In this document: positions 42,082 to 54,319 of the stretch, piece after piece | Numbering within the stretch: position 1 is the stretch's first letter | Layout of the letters: the number at the start of each line of letters is the position of its first letter | Made by a program: the position numbers and the translations under genes | The notes under the pieces: generated by a model | The model's input: only the letters and a program-made list of their open reading frames with translations | What the model was told of the DNA's origin: nothing | Database searches by the model: none | NCBI GenBank assembly: GCA_026936335.1 | Contig: JAPMXV010000012.1 | Location: forward strand, 190,831-254,830 | Reading direction: 5' to 3' | From: Mantamonas sphyraenae STR306 | Lineage: Eukaryota; Protista; CRuMs | Length of the DNA stretch: 64,000 nt

Positions 42082-45000
42082 ATGCACATCAAATACATTG
42101 AGCTGAACGGCTTTCGCACATACAGTGGCACGAAGCGTGCTGAGGACCTCAGCGAGGGGTTGAACTGCGTGGTGGGGCGGAATGGGAGTGGCAAGAGCAA
42201 CTTTTTCTTGGGTGAGTGATCAGGAACGGCGTGCGCACGGGTTGAAACGCGGCTGACACGGACGGGGCACGGATGCACACAGCCATTGCGTTTGCGCTGG
42301 GTGACGCCAAAACCAAGACGCGGCGCGAAGTCGACCGTTTGAAGTACTTGCACGTAGGTTTGGAGTGTGGCCGTGCGGGAAAGGCCGGTGGCGCGAGTCA
42401 GGAATGCCAGATGCTGACATCTGCACGTCACACAGCAAGGAGCGGGCGCACGCGCACTGAACGCATACGTCAAGATTGCATTCGACAACGAAGACCGTCG
42501 TCTTCCCGTGAGTTTTGGTGGGAAGGCGAGGGAGAGACGGGAGGAGGGCGGGTGGAGGGCGAATGGCGGGAAGGGGGTGATCATCCTGGCACTGACGCAA
42601 GGGGAATGGCGCGGGACGGGTTGGACGGGCGACGTACAGTACGACGAGGACGAGGTGACCATCCAACGCACGGTGGGCAACAAGAAGGACGAGTTTTTCA
42701 TCAACAACAACCGCGTGTCGTAGGTTTGGCGCGGTGCAGACGTGGAGCGAGCGAATTTTTGGCGCCAATTTTTTCCTGACACCGGGGCTGACACGAATCG
42801 GGGTGTGTGGGCGGCGGGAACAGGGCGCCCGAGGTGGCCAACATCCTGGAGACGGCCGGATTCTCCGACTCGAACGCGTACTACATTGTGGAACAGGGCA
42901 AGGTGGGTGGGAGGGCGTGGGACGTGCGCGTTGTGGGAGGTGGAGATTTGGGAGGCTGACACGCAAAGGGGCGAGCGTGCAGGTGACGACACTGGCGCAG
43001 ATGAAAGCGGAACAACGTCTGGAGATGCTGAAGGGGGTGGCAGGCACGAGCGTGTACGACGAGAAGCGTGAAAAGTCGCTTGCGCTGCTGAGCCAATCGA
43101 GCAAGTCGTTGGAACACATCGAGGAGCAGCTGAGCACGATTGAGAAGCGCGTCACGGAGCTGGACAAGGACAGCGAGCAGCTGCGGGAGTTTGAGAAGCT
43201 GGACAGCGAGCACACGCAGTTGAAGTACGCTCTTGCAAAGAAGCGGCTGGATGACAACATGGCACGGCAGGAGGAGCTGGAAGAGAAGCTGCGAGCAGAG
43301 AACGAAACAGTGGAAAGCACACGCGGGGAGCTTGCGCAGGTGCAGGCGGAGATGCAGGTTGTGGAGGAGCAGCTGAATCAGGTGGCGAGCACAGTGAGCA
43401 GCAAGAGCAAGCTGCAGCGAGACCTGGAAGAAGCGCGTGTGGCGATTGTGGACCAGGCGACAAAGCTGGACCTGGAAATTCGGTCGCTGAAGCAGATGGT
43501 GGAGGTCGCGGAGGGCAGCGAAGAAGAGCGAGAGGCCGAGCTGGTTGCGCTGCAAAAAGTGGTGCGCAGCACGCGCAGCAAGCTGGCAGAGGTTGGCGAG
43601 GCGCTTCGTACGGCTGTGGAGGAGGAGCGTGCGGCGGCGACGGAACTGCAGATGAAGGAGGATGCGTCTGCGGCTCTGTACGGCAAGACGGAGCGCGCGA
43701 ACCAGTTTCGTACGCAGAAGGAGCGAGACACATACCTGCGCAAGGAGATCCGTAGCGCCAAGGAGCGCGTGAGCGGACAGGAGGCGGACCGGGAGCTGTT
43801 GAAGGAGAGCATCCGGGAGCAGGAAGGGGCGGTGGCGCAGATGAAGGAGGAGCTGTCTGGCGAGGAGCGCAAGGTGGAGCACAACAAGGCGCGCCTGGAC
43901 GAGCTGAACCAGGAGTACAACCGGCTGTACCGCAAGAGGGACGAGGAGATGGACCACCAGAAGGAGCTGTGGCGACGGGAGCGGGAGCTGACGTCGTACG
44001 CAGACCAGCTGGGCCTGGAGCTGGGACGTGCGGAAAACTCGCTCAAGTCGCTTATTGGCAAGGTTGTGTTCAATGCACTGAGCACGGTGAACAAGCTGAA
44101 AGTGGAGATGGGCATCGACGGAGTGCTGGGCCCGCTGATTGAGCTTGTGTCGTTCAGCGAGTCGTACACGTCTGCGGTGGAGGCAGTGAGCGGGAACAAG
44201 CTGTTCCACGTGGTTGTGGACAGCGCCGACACGGCGGAGCGGCTTGTGAAGCTGCTGCAGCGCAACGAGCAGGGAGGACGCATCACATTTATCCCTCTGG
44301 ACCAGGTGCGACACCCGACGCGTGTGGGGTCGGAAGGAGCCGGGGAAGACTATTTTCCTCTGCACAGCGTGCTGGAGTGCGACGACGACGTGCGCGACGC
44401 TGTGGATGCGGTGTTTGGGCGTGTGATGGTTGTGCGCACGATTGACGTGGGCGAAGAGCTGCTTCGTTCTGAGGAGCACGACTGCGACTGCGTGACGCTG
44501 GAGGGAGACAAGCTGAGCCGCAAGGGCTACCTGATGGGAGGATACCACGACCTGAACCGCAGCCGAGTCGTGCTGTTTGAGGAGTGCTCGCGGCTGAAAG
44601 ACGAGATGGAATCGACGCGTGCAGAGCTGGAGGAGGTGAAGGCGGGAGTCGCGCGTGCGAGCCAGGTTGTGACAAAGCTGGGCGGCGAGATCGGCGCTCT
44701 GGACAGCAAGAAGAAGAACGTGATGGTGGCAATTGAGCAGAGCGAGCTGAAGCGGTCGGAGCTGGTGCGACGCATCGAGCTGGGCGAGCGGGAGCTTGCG
44801 GCGCGCACGGAGCGGCTGAGCGAGCTGGAGGCCCAGTTGGCGCTGGACGCAAACCGAGTGGGCACGCTGGAGGCGGAGCTGGGCAGCAAGATGCGCACGA
44901 CGCTGAGCAAGGCGGAGGAGGCGGAGCTTGCGACGTTGGCGTCTGAGATGGAGGGCCTGAAGGAGCGCATGGTCAAGGCAGCGCGGGCACGGATGGAGGT

Positions 45001-46246
45001 GCAGATGGAGGCGAAGAGCCTGGAGGAGCGACTGCGAGGGAACCTGGAGCCGCAGATTGAGGCGCTGCAGAGCACACAGAACTCTGTGGACAACGCGGAG
45101 CGTGCGCACAAGCTGCAGCGGCGCATGGAGGAACAAGCACGTGTGGAGGCGAACCAGAGCAAGAGCGAAGCAGACCTGCAGGAAGTGAAGGCTGTGCTGG
45201 GGGAAGCACGTGAGCAGGAGCACGCGCTGCGTGTGGAACTGGAAAAGCTGCGGGCACGGGAGACGCGCATGAAGCGTGTTGAGCAGGAGGAGGACACGGA
45301 GCTGGACGTGCTGCGGTCGCAGCGCAAGAGTCTGAAGGACAGCGCGGAACAGTACATGGAGGAGATCCGAGGACTTGGGTTTACGGGCACGAGCGCGGAG
45401 CAGTACATGGCCAAGAGCGAAAGCTGGCTGGTGAGCCGGTTGAAGGAGGTGAACGTGGCGTTGGCGCCGTACGAGCACGTGAACAAAAAGGCGATGCAGC
45501 AGCTGGGGTCGTCGAGGAACAAGTACGAGGAGCTTGTGCAGCGCAAGGCCACGACGGAGAAGGAGCTGGTGAGCATCCAGCAGCTGATTGAGGAACTGGA
45601 CGAGGCCAAGGTGGAGCGCATCGACAACACGTTCCGGCTGGTGCAGGAGGCGTTTGCACGTGTGTTTTCAGAGCTTGTGCCAGAGGGCGAGGCGCGGCTT
45701 GTGTTGGAACAGGCGGAGGATGGAGAAGAGGAGGAGGGAGAGGAGGACGGGATGGAGGTGGAGGACAAGGAAAACACAAGCGGAAGGAGGGGCGGACGAG
45801 GCGGGAGGGCCAAGGGCAAGGGCAAGGCACGGTCAAAGAAGCAACAGTTGGTGGACAGCAGCGTGCCGTACGTCGGGGTGGGCATCGAGGCGGTGTTCCA
45901 GGAGGGAGCAAGTTTCGTGAGCATGGAGATGCTGAGCGGCGGACAGAAGAGTCTGGTTGCGCTTGCGCTGATCTTTGCGATCCAGGAGCTGGAACGGGCG
46001 CCGTTTTACTTGCTGGACGAGGTGGATGCGGCGCTGGACCCGACGCACAGGGCGGCGGTGGCAAGGAAGATTGAGCAGCTGGCGCGCAACGGAACGCAGT
46101 TTGTGTGCACGACGTTCCATCCAGAGATTGTGGAAAAGGCGGACAAGATCTACGGAGTGACGAGCGGCGGGAAGGAGAGCACGATTTCGGAGATTGAGTT
46201 TTCGGCGGCGGCGCAGATGATTGCCGATGATGAGGAGGGGGAGTGA
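42082..46246 (+). CDS. SMC3: Cohesin subunit SMC3; five short introns between 42212 and ~42982
   Basis: MHIK..GFRTY, VVGRNGSGKSNFF, RTVGNKKDEF (Eco1-acetylated KK), AGFS.SNAYYIVEQGK, VAGTSVYDE, GRITFIPL, LSGGQKSLVALALIFAIQ..APFYLLDEVDAALD. Confidence 0.97.
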
Positions 46247-46269
46247 GACAGGAATGGACATGAGATTGA

Positions 46270-48868
46270 TTAGGAGATGATGATGGGGAGGACAGAGATG
46301 AGGACGGTGAAGAGCAGGGTGAAGGCGACAGGGAAGGAGAGGGTGGGTGGCGACGAGCTGATGATGAAATCGATGCACTTTTGGGCGCCTTTGGCCTGTG
46401 TGGACTGTCCAGGAGGGCAGATTGTGCACACGGTGGAGTTTGTGGTGCTTGTGAAAGTGCCCTCGAGGCAAAGGGTGCAGGATGAAGAAGGGGTGGAGGA
46501 GAAAGAGCCTGCCGGGCACGGGTAGCACTGAGTGGAGTTGGGTGGGCTGAAGGAGCCGGATGGGCAGGTGTGGCAGCCGGTGGAGTTGGCAAAGGAGCCT
46601 GCAGGGCACGGGGTGCATGAGGTGGAGCTGGGTGGGCTGTAGGAGCCGGATGGGCAGGTGTGGCAGCCGGTGGAGTTGGCGAAGGAGCCTGCAGGGCACG
46701 AAGGGTGCATGAGAGGTGGAGCTGGGTGGGCTGAAGGAGCCGGATGGGCAGGTGTGGCAGCCGGTGGAGTTGGCGAAGGAGCCTGCAGGGCACGGGGTGC
46801 ATGAGGTGGAGCTGGGTGGGCTGTAGGAGCCGGATGGGCAGGTGTGGCAGCCGGTGGAGTTGGCAAAGGAGCCTGCAGGGCACGGGGTGCATGAGGTGGA
46901 GCTGGGTGGGCTGAAGGAGCCGGATGGGCAGGCGTGGCAGCCGGTGGAGTTGGCGAAGGAGCCTGCAGGGCACGGGGTGCATGAGGTGGAGCTGGGTGGG
47001 CTGAAGGAGCCGGATGGGCAGGTGTGGCAGCCGGTGGAGTTGGCGAAGGAGCCTGCAGGGCACGGGGTGCATGAGGTGGAGCTGGGTGGGCTGAAGGAGC
47101 CGGATGGGCAGGTGTGGCAGCCGGTGGAGTTGGCGAAGGAGCCTGCAGGGCACGGGGTGCATGAGGTGGAGCTGGGTGGGCTGTAGGAGCCGGATGGGCA
47201 GGTGTGGCAGCCGGTGGAGTTGGCGAAGGAGCCTGCAGGGCACGGGGTGCATGAGGTGGAGCTGGGTGGGCTGTAGGAGCCGGATGGGCAGGCGTGGCAG
47301 CCGGTGGAGTTGGCAAAGGAGCCTGCGGCGCACATCACACAAGGGGCGATTGCAGACGCTGAAAAGCTTCCCAGAATGCACTGTGGAGTTGAAAAGAGGA
47401 TAAAGTCCGTTGCACCCGCGTTTGTGTAGCCAGGGAATGCTCCTTCGGTGTTGCCCGACAAATGCACGGTTCCCGAGGGCGAAACAGCCACCGAGTGGCC
47501 AATCTCGTTGAAACTTGTACCGATCAGGGTTGTCCATGACAGTGTACTGTTGAACGTCCAGCTCTGGAGAAAGGCGTCGGTGCCGCCAGCGTTCGTCTGG
47601 CCGTCGAGAGAACCGCTTGCGGATCCGGCCACGTACACAACACCCGCGTTGGACACCTTGACACTGTTGGCTGTGTCTGTCCCGCTCGAACCAATGAGTT
47701 TTGACCATGTTCTGGTTCCGTTTGCCTGGATGCTGCTCAGGAAGCCGTCGGTGCCGCCTGCATTCGTCTGGCCGTCCAACGGCCCGTTCGTGCTGCCCAC
47801 AACAAACACGGTGCTTCCCTCCAGGTCGACAGCCACGCCAAAGCCGTAGTCGGAACTGCTTGTGCCCCACTGAAGTGACCAAATCATGGTGCCGTTCCCA
47901 TCCCATCTGGACAAGGCGATGTCCGATCCTCCCGAACCGTCAACATTGCCACACACGTACACGTCCCCAGATCGCGAGACTGTGATACCATTGGCTGAAT
48001 CAAAGCCACTGGTTCCCCACAGCCGAGTCCACTCTTTGGTCCCGTTCTCGTGGAATCGGCTGAGGAGCAAATCGTACGAACCAGCGCTGCTCTGGCCATC
48101 CAAGGGACCAGATGCCCGCCCAGCGACAAATACGCTGGCGCCATGAACTGCAACGCCAGTGGCACCGTCGAATCCGGTTGTGCCCCACAGGCGTGTCCAC
48201 AGTTTGGTGCCGTTTGTGTCGAATTTTGTCAGCATCAAGTCGTTGCCGCCCGTGAACGTCTGACCGTCGACTGCACCGGCAGCGCTTCCAGCAACAAAAA
48301 CGCTGTTCCTAGCACCGATAGCAACACCGTTTCCCGAATCAAGTCCCGTGCTGCCCCACATTCGCGTCCACACCCGCGCGCCGGACGCGTTCAATCTCGT
48401 CAAAATGAAGTCCGCAGTCGAGACAAATGGTTGTCCATCGACTGAACCACCAGCAGATCCAGTGATGTACACGTCTCCATCAATGCTCACAGTGACGGCA
48501 TTAGGGCGGTCCGCTCCTGAAGATCCCCACTGTTGCACCCAGTCGGCAGCCGCAAAGGTGGCGACGAGCAAAACAACAACGGTTGCCTGGAGGATGCTGC
48601 GTCAGTCAATGCAATGCACAATCCCTCCACATGTGTACAGAAATGATTGCAATGGGAAACGTGGAGTCTTGAGTGCGTGGCAACGCGGTGTGGTGGTGCT
48701 TCCGGGGAGGAGCCCACTTCCCGATTTGTCAATTTTGCCCAATTGTGGAATCCGCCGCAAAGGCGGAGGGAACGAATGCACGAACGAATAGGAACGTGGT
48801 GTGTGTGTGTGTTCAGGAGCTGGAGTCACCCTATGCCATTGCAGCAGTGAACAACCTACAATCTTCAT
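46270..48868 (-). CDS. Surface protein: signal peptide, SBBP-like beta-propeller repeats, Cys-rich (GCC2/GCC3-like) tandem repeats, C-terminal TM; intron 48587-48859; frameshift at ~46705
   Basis: Spliced start MKIATVVVLLVATFAAA. About seven W(T)RLWG..G.D...GVA...VFVAG repeats. CPAGSF repeats. Hydrophobic C-terminus ending in TAA. Confidence 0.85.
46521..47333 (-). repeat. 90-bp coding tandem repeat, ~9 near-identical copies (CPAGSFANSTGCH[T/A]CPSGS[Y/F]SPPSSTSCTP)
   Basis: Directly visible 90-nt periodicity. Units differ at only a few positions. Confidence 0.97.
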
Positions 48869-48960
48869 GAAAGGTTGAATTGGGTTCAACGTCGCCGTGG
48901 ATGGTGATCGTACTTGTCTTTTCGTCCGCACTGAGTGCCAACATGTGGCAACCACATGTG

Positions 48961-49101
48961 ATGAATGGGGAAGAGAGGGAGGCGATGTTTGAGGCAGGTG
49001 GGATGGAGGAGTATGTGGAGGGGAGAGGGTGGGGAGGGTGGGCGACGCTGCCGGATGAGGTGATGGAGAGGGTGGTGCAGTGGGTAGGGAGGGGAGGGTG
49101 A
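48961..49101 (+). pseudogene. Short ORF/remnant ending in an F-box-like motif
   Basis: MNGEEREAMF...GWATLPDEVMERVVQWVGRGG* contains an LP-x-E-x-x-x-x-V F-box-like core. Confidence 0.4.
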
Positions 49102-49130
49102 TTGGGGAGGGTGTGGGAATGAAAGAGGTG

Positions 49131-49170
49131 GTTCATTCGAGGCGTTGGCGTTTGGAGGAGGAGGAGGAGG
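49131..49170 (-). repeat. Vestigial third copy of the 3' end of the subtelomeric unknown gene (SSSSKRQRLE*)
   Basis: ttcattcgaggcgttggcgtttggaggaggagg matches 60805-60840 and 54319-54360. Confidence 0.8.
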
Positions 49171-49174
49171 ATTC

Positions 49175-52100
49175 TCACATCTCGTTCAACTCCACCCCAG
49201 CCACCTCCACCCCCTTCGCATCCGTTGGACTTAGCCCCACCACCCGTTCCAGAACACCCACCAACGGGCTCTCTGGATGCCTCACCAGGTAGCTCCACAC
49301 CCTCCCCTTCATCGGTTCCGTACACACTGCCGCCACTTCGTCCGCCCTCTCTGTCGTTGCCCCACCCCTCACAAGCTGGACCATCTCCTCACCAGCACCA
49401 GCTTTTCCTACTCCCTTCAGCACGTCCACCCACAGTCTCTCCTCCACCGAAGAAAGGACCGCTTGGGCCACCTCCCGATCGATTCCTCCTTCCAAACACG
49501 CCTGCCTCACCCTCACCCTCACCCACAACTCCCGTACCACAAAAGCGACACACACCACCGCAATCGACACGGACAGTCCCACTGTGACCTCCACCCATCC
49601 GTTTGCCCCACCGTCGGCCCCTGTCAGGAACAACATGCCAGCCAACAACAGCACCGTCGTCTGCATCAACAACACAGCCTCCAGCCTGTTCTCTGCCCGC
49701 GTACCAAACGGCTGCACCTCGTGGTGCAGCACTGTCGACACAGCCATGATCAGCAAACCCAGCACTGCCTGCAGACCCGGCTGCTCCGTCGCAAACAGCT
49801 GCACTGCCACCACAAGCACACGCCGTACCATCACAGCGATCTCAAACCAATAGCTCTCATCCCTGTACTTGCCGTACAGAGATCCAAACATCTCGCCAAA
49901 TCCAGCCTGACCTCTGCGATCCCGCTCACGTCCTGCCACCAGGACCCACACAAAGCCTGCGGGGATACCCACCACATATATCGCCGCGAAAACAACCGCA
50001 GGGACCAGCAAGCGCGCATGCACGCCCCCATCCACCCAGCACACGACCTCCGGGTCCGCCTCGAGAACCGCCATCCCGGCGCGCACTTGGATGCAGTCAA
50101 ACACCTGCAGCACACGCGTGCAAAGTGTGATGTACAACAGCCCCATTGCAAACACAATCTCGTTGATCAAGTAGCGCAGTGTCTGCTGGTCGACAAGTTC
50201 GGCCTCTGTGAACACGCGCGACACCTGCCACCGCGCCAATTCCAACGCAAATTGAATTCGGCTCTGCCCGCGCGCCTCTGGCGGCGCACAAAAGGCTGCA
50301 TGCCGTGCTGAAAAGCCTGCCGCGTGCCTGCGTACCCATGCCGCGTGCGCGTGCTGCATCGCCACCCGCACGCACAACGCCAGCACAACAGCGGCCGGAA
50401 GCGCCATTGTCAACCAGAACCTGGCTTCAAAGTCCCATCCCTCCACTGTGCACTCGGGCGCGGTCGTCTCGATGTTGAGACTGGCCAGGGAAAAGGTCGC
50501 CAGGACCTCTTGCACAGCTGCCGGCCACTGGAGGCGAAAGTCGGCCAGCGCACCAATGACTTGCAAGTTGGTCACGGACACCATGACGAGGTTGCTACGC
50601 GACAGCCCTCCCTCGCTCTCGCGCACCTGAGCACGAACCCAAAACACAAACACCACGCACAGCAGCGCAAGCACGGACGCGGACCCGCTCGCCCCGGCTG
50701 CGCATGCCTGACACAGCTCGCCGAGCCTGTAGAACCCGGGTGCACAGCGGCCACACAACAGACCTTGGTACCCCTCTGCGCACGACGACGACGACGAGTT
50801 GCTGCTGCCCCCTGGACACGACGATGGCACTGCGCAGCGCACGAAGCGAAACTCGCTGCCAACGCCCGTCTGAAAATACCCCGCGGCTGCGCGTGGGGGC
50901 TGTCCCAGCCCTGCGCACGTCGCCCCGACGGGGCATGCCTCGCATGCTTCGCCGTTGCGCCCCGTGGGTGCGAAAAACGACGGGCGACACACGCAATCAC
51001 TCAGGATACGCGGCACCCCGGACGGCACAAATGCGTTTGCCGGACACACCACTCCGCCTGCCAAAAAGGTGACGCCAAATGCGGTGAACTGCACGCCGTT
51101 GAGAGACACTTCAACCGCCACCGTCCCGCTCGGCAGCACAGGCGCGCGCACGTCAATGTGTGTGCTGGATACCACAGTTCCGTTGACCGCCACACTGCCA
51201 AAGCGGACCACACACACGCCTGTGTCTGCAAACGAGGCTCCTGCGATGGCAACCTGCACCTGCTGGCCCAGCGGTGCCACGTCAGGAAAAAGGCTGCGCA
51301 CCTGCGGCGCTGCGTAAATGTCCATCTGCACTCCGCTGGAGAATGACGTGCCGTCCAGGCTCACTTCCACTTGCACGTTGCCTTGCTGCAGGCCGCTGGC
51401 TGGCGTTGTGCACGTCACGCTGCTCGGCGTTGCAAAACGAGCGGGGGCTTGCACCGCACCGGCAAACCGACAGAGCTGACCCGTTCCCTCCACAAAGCCA
51501 TGCCCAGACACAGTCACCTCTGTGCCTCCGCTGGTGGGGCCGAGCCGCGGCCACACGCCCGTGACCTCAAATGTGTCCACTGACGACCCAGTGGCCCAGT
51601 CATGGCCGTTCAAGCTGATTTCCACCTGGGCCCTGCCGAAGGCCAGTGACGGTAGCTCACACTCAACCGACGTCGACGTACGCCACGACGCCGGAACAAC
51701 GATCACGCGACCATCTGACGACGTGAAGCGTACCTGAATGGTGCCAGTATCGGCAAACGTGCGCGGCAATTCCGAACTCACAGTCATGGTCACCGGCGGC
51801 CGTGCTGATCCGTACAATGCAGGGACGACTTCAGGCCGCACAGTGCCTATTCCATGTACGGGATACACCGAAAACGTGACGGTGCCAGCGACACTCTCGA
51901 CTCCGTTGGGAAACACGGCCACGCTCAACTGACGAAGCGAGCCAGGCGCCAACACCCCGAGCGACGCAAACGACGGTGTCTGAAACGTCACCGCAGTCGC
52001 GCCAAGGTGCACAGAGCCTACGTCTAGCGTGCCCAGTGTGGCTCGTGCCTTGTCTGCAGCCGGGCGTAGGCCAGTCGCGCTGGCCGTGACGTTCGTTCCG

Positions 52101-54216
52101 CCCGTCTGCGGCCCCGATGCTGGCATCAAGCTCACCACCGTTGCGTCAAACACGCGCAGCGGGCCATTGGTCACGGAAATCCACTGCTCGGCGCCGTTGA
52201 ACGACACCTGCACCTCCACATCTGCTGCTGGCATCGCCGGCATCAAGCAAACAAGTGTTCCGTTGGCAAACAGATTCGCTTGGGGCGCGACTCGGATTCC
52301 AAATCGACAGCGAACGTGGTCTTTGGCGAGGTCGTACGGCAAGCCCGCCACGGAAAGGGGCAGAAGCAGGCCACCCGTTGCGCGTGCAGAATGCAGGTTC
52401 AATGCAAACGAGGCGTTGACCGACCGAAACACCGGTGGTGTCGCCAATGGGTTTGTAAATGCGCTGGGAATGGCCACAGACACCTCTGTGCCCAGTGCCT
52501 CCAGCGCAGGTGTGCTGCAATACATGCGCGTGGCAGACTCAAACGCACACTCTTCTGCGACCCGCCCCGCGAAGTGTGCCTTGTCGCCGGCTTGAAAGTG
52601 CAGCCCTGTCAGAGTGACGTTTGTGGCACCGCTTGCGGGGCCCAGTAGAGGGGCGATGGTGTCGATGTACGGCCAAGTCAACGGACACGACGACGACCCG
52701 GGTCCTGCGTTGGAGCTGCCGTTTGCGCACGGGCTGCATGCAGCGAGGGACGACGCCGTACTGAACGTGCCTTGCGCACACGTGGCACACTGTGCACCCG
52801 CTGTGGATGCTGACGGTGCTTGCGATGGGCCGGCAGATACGATTCGCTGTCCAGCAGCACAGTTCTGCAGCATCGCGAAGAACATAAAGCTGGGCACCTG
52901 GCCAGCCGTTACGAACGCATACGACCCGGGAAGCACGGCGATGCACGAGGGGGTGATTTTCAGGGTGCTCTCCCACACACGTCGTTCCAGCTGAGCTCCA
53001 CTGGTGGCATTCAGTCGCGTCACTGTGGCCGAGTTGCCAGCCCCGGTTCCGGGTTTGTTTTGCCAGCCAGAGGTCACCACGGAGCCGTCGTTCGCCAAGT
53101 CGACGCCTGTGAAGCCGTTGTTCTTGGTTTCGGTCGACACGTACACCCATCGCCGCGTCCCAGCCGCGTCCACCTTTGCACAGAACCCTCCACGCCCTTC
53201 GGCGCCCGTCGGCTGACCGGCAAACGTGCCACGTGCGTCGCCGCACACGACGACGGTGTTGTCGTGTGCGTCAACAAGCATTGGCTGATTGCCCAACGTG
53301 TCGCCGTTGGTCGACCCAAACGCATTCTCCCACACACGCTGCTGCGTCGTCACATTGAAACCGGCCACCAAGATAGAGCCCGAGTTTGCTCCACTGGACA
53401 CGGTGCCTGCCACGTACGCCAGTTGCAGCGATTCGACCACCGCCACGCGCACAAAATTCACGTTGACACCCGGCGGCGAGAACTGCTTCGTGGACACCTC
53501 CACTCCTGTTGCTGGGTCAAACTTGGTCACAAACATGTCCATGGGTGCGTTCTGCGTGTTGCCTGCAAACGTGCCGGACACGATGGTCCCGCTCTGTTCG
53601 CGCGGCACAAATGTCAGCGACCTTTCCCCCCCAAATTGTGTGCATGGCCATGCACGAAGTATGTACGCACCGCATACAGGCCTTTGGCCGTCAGAAAGAC
53701 ACCATACGTGGTGACGAGGCTGTCGGGACCCCAGAAACGAATCCAAGCGACGGTGAAGTTTTCGAACATCAACGCGACGAAAGGCGCCTGGAAGCCCTCC
53801 GAACGCGTGCTGTTTGCACGCGGGAGGCCGTTCCGCGGCAAAAGATCGCCTCGACTATGGCCAACGATTGCGATCCCCGCCATGGAAGCCTCCATGTGGA
53901 CCGCGTTGACATATGTTTCCGGGTTCGAGGCCGCGCCGCTGAGAAGGATCGTCGACAACGCGGTGCCGTTTGCAGCGACACGCCGCACAAACCCATCCAC
54001 AAGACCAGGGCCCTTTTCGGCGTTGTCCAGCGCGGAGCGTGTGTAGCCCACCATCACTACAGTGTTGTTTGACGCGGCCACGAGCGACGTGGCTTGCGAA
54101 TTGTTGTCGCCACCACCCCAAATCAGGGTGTATTCGGCCCACACGGGCAGTGTGGCGGAGAGAATGAGCACACCTAGGATGCAAACCAGGGAGTGTTGGG
54201 GCAAGCCTTGGTGCAT
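49175..54216 (-). CDS. Large receptor-like membrane protein: signal peptide, propeller-like region, Cys-rich repeats, ~5 IPT/TIG domains, multi-TM C-terminus; intron 53594-53670
   Basis: MHQGLPQHSLVCILGVLILSATLPVWA. Repeated P..GP.SGGT.VT..G..F and VEVSL[N/D]G motifs (IPT). C-terminal FGSLYGKYRDESYWFEI..RR TM block. The GT-AG intron with GCTGAC joins the two ORFs. Confidence 0.88.
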
Positions 54217-54319
54217 TTGGTTTTTCAGTTGGATTCCGTTGCGGGGTCGACCGGGTGATGGAAACTGTGCTCGGGTGGATGGGGAGGTGAGAGGAAAGGG
54301 GAGGGGAGAGTAAAGGGGT

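Noticed and set aside
26410-46715. Programmed frameshifting or RNA editing to explain the shifts at ~26420, ~32745 and ~46705
   Set aside because: There is no shared slippery motif. At ~46705 comparison with sister repeat units shows plain 2-nt stutter insertions, which points to sequencing error.
46521-47333. CRISPR-like array
   Set aside because: The units are contiguous coding repeats without unique spacers. The same applies to 321-527.
53594-53670. Apparent frameshift in the IPT receptor gene
   Set aside because: It is explained by a canonical 77-nt intron (GTGCGT...GCTGAC...CAG).
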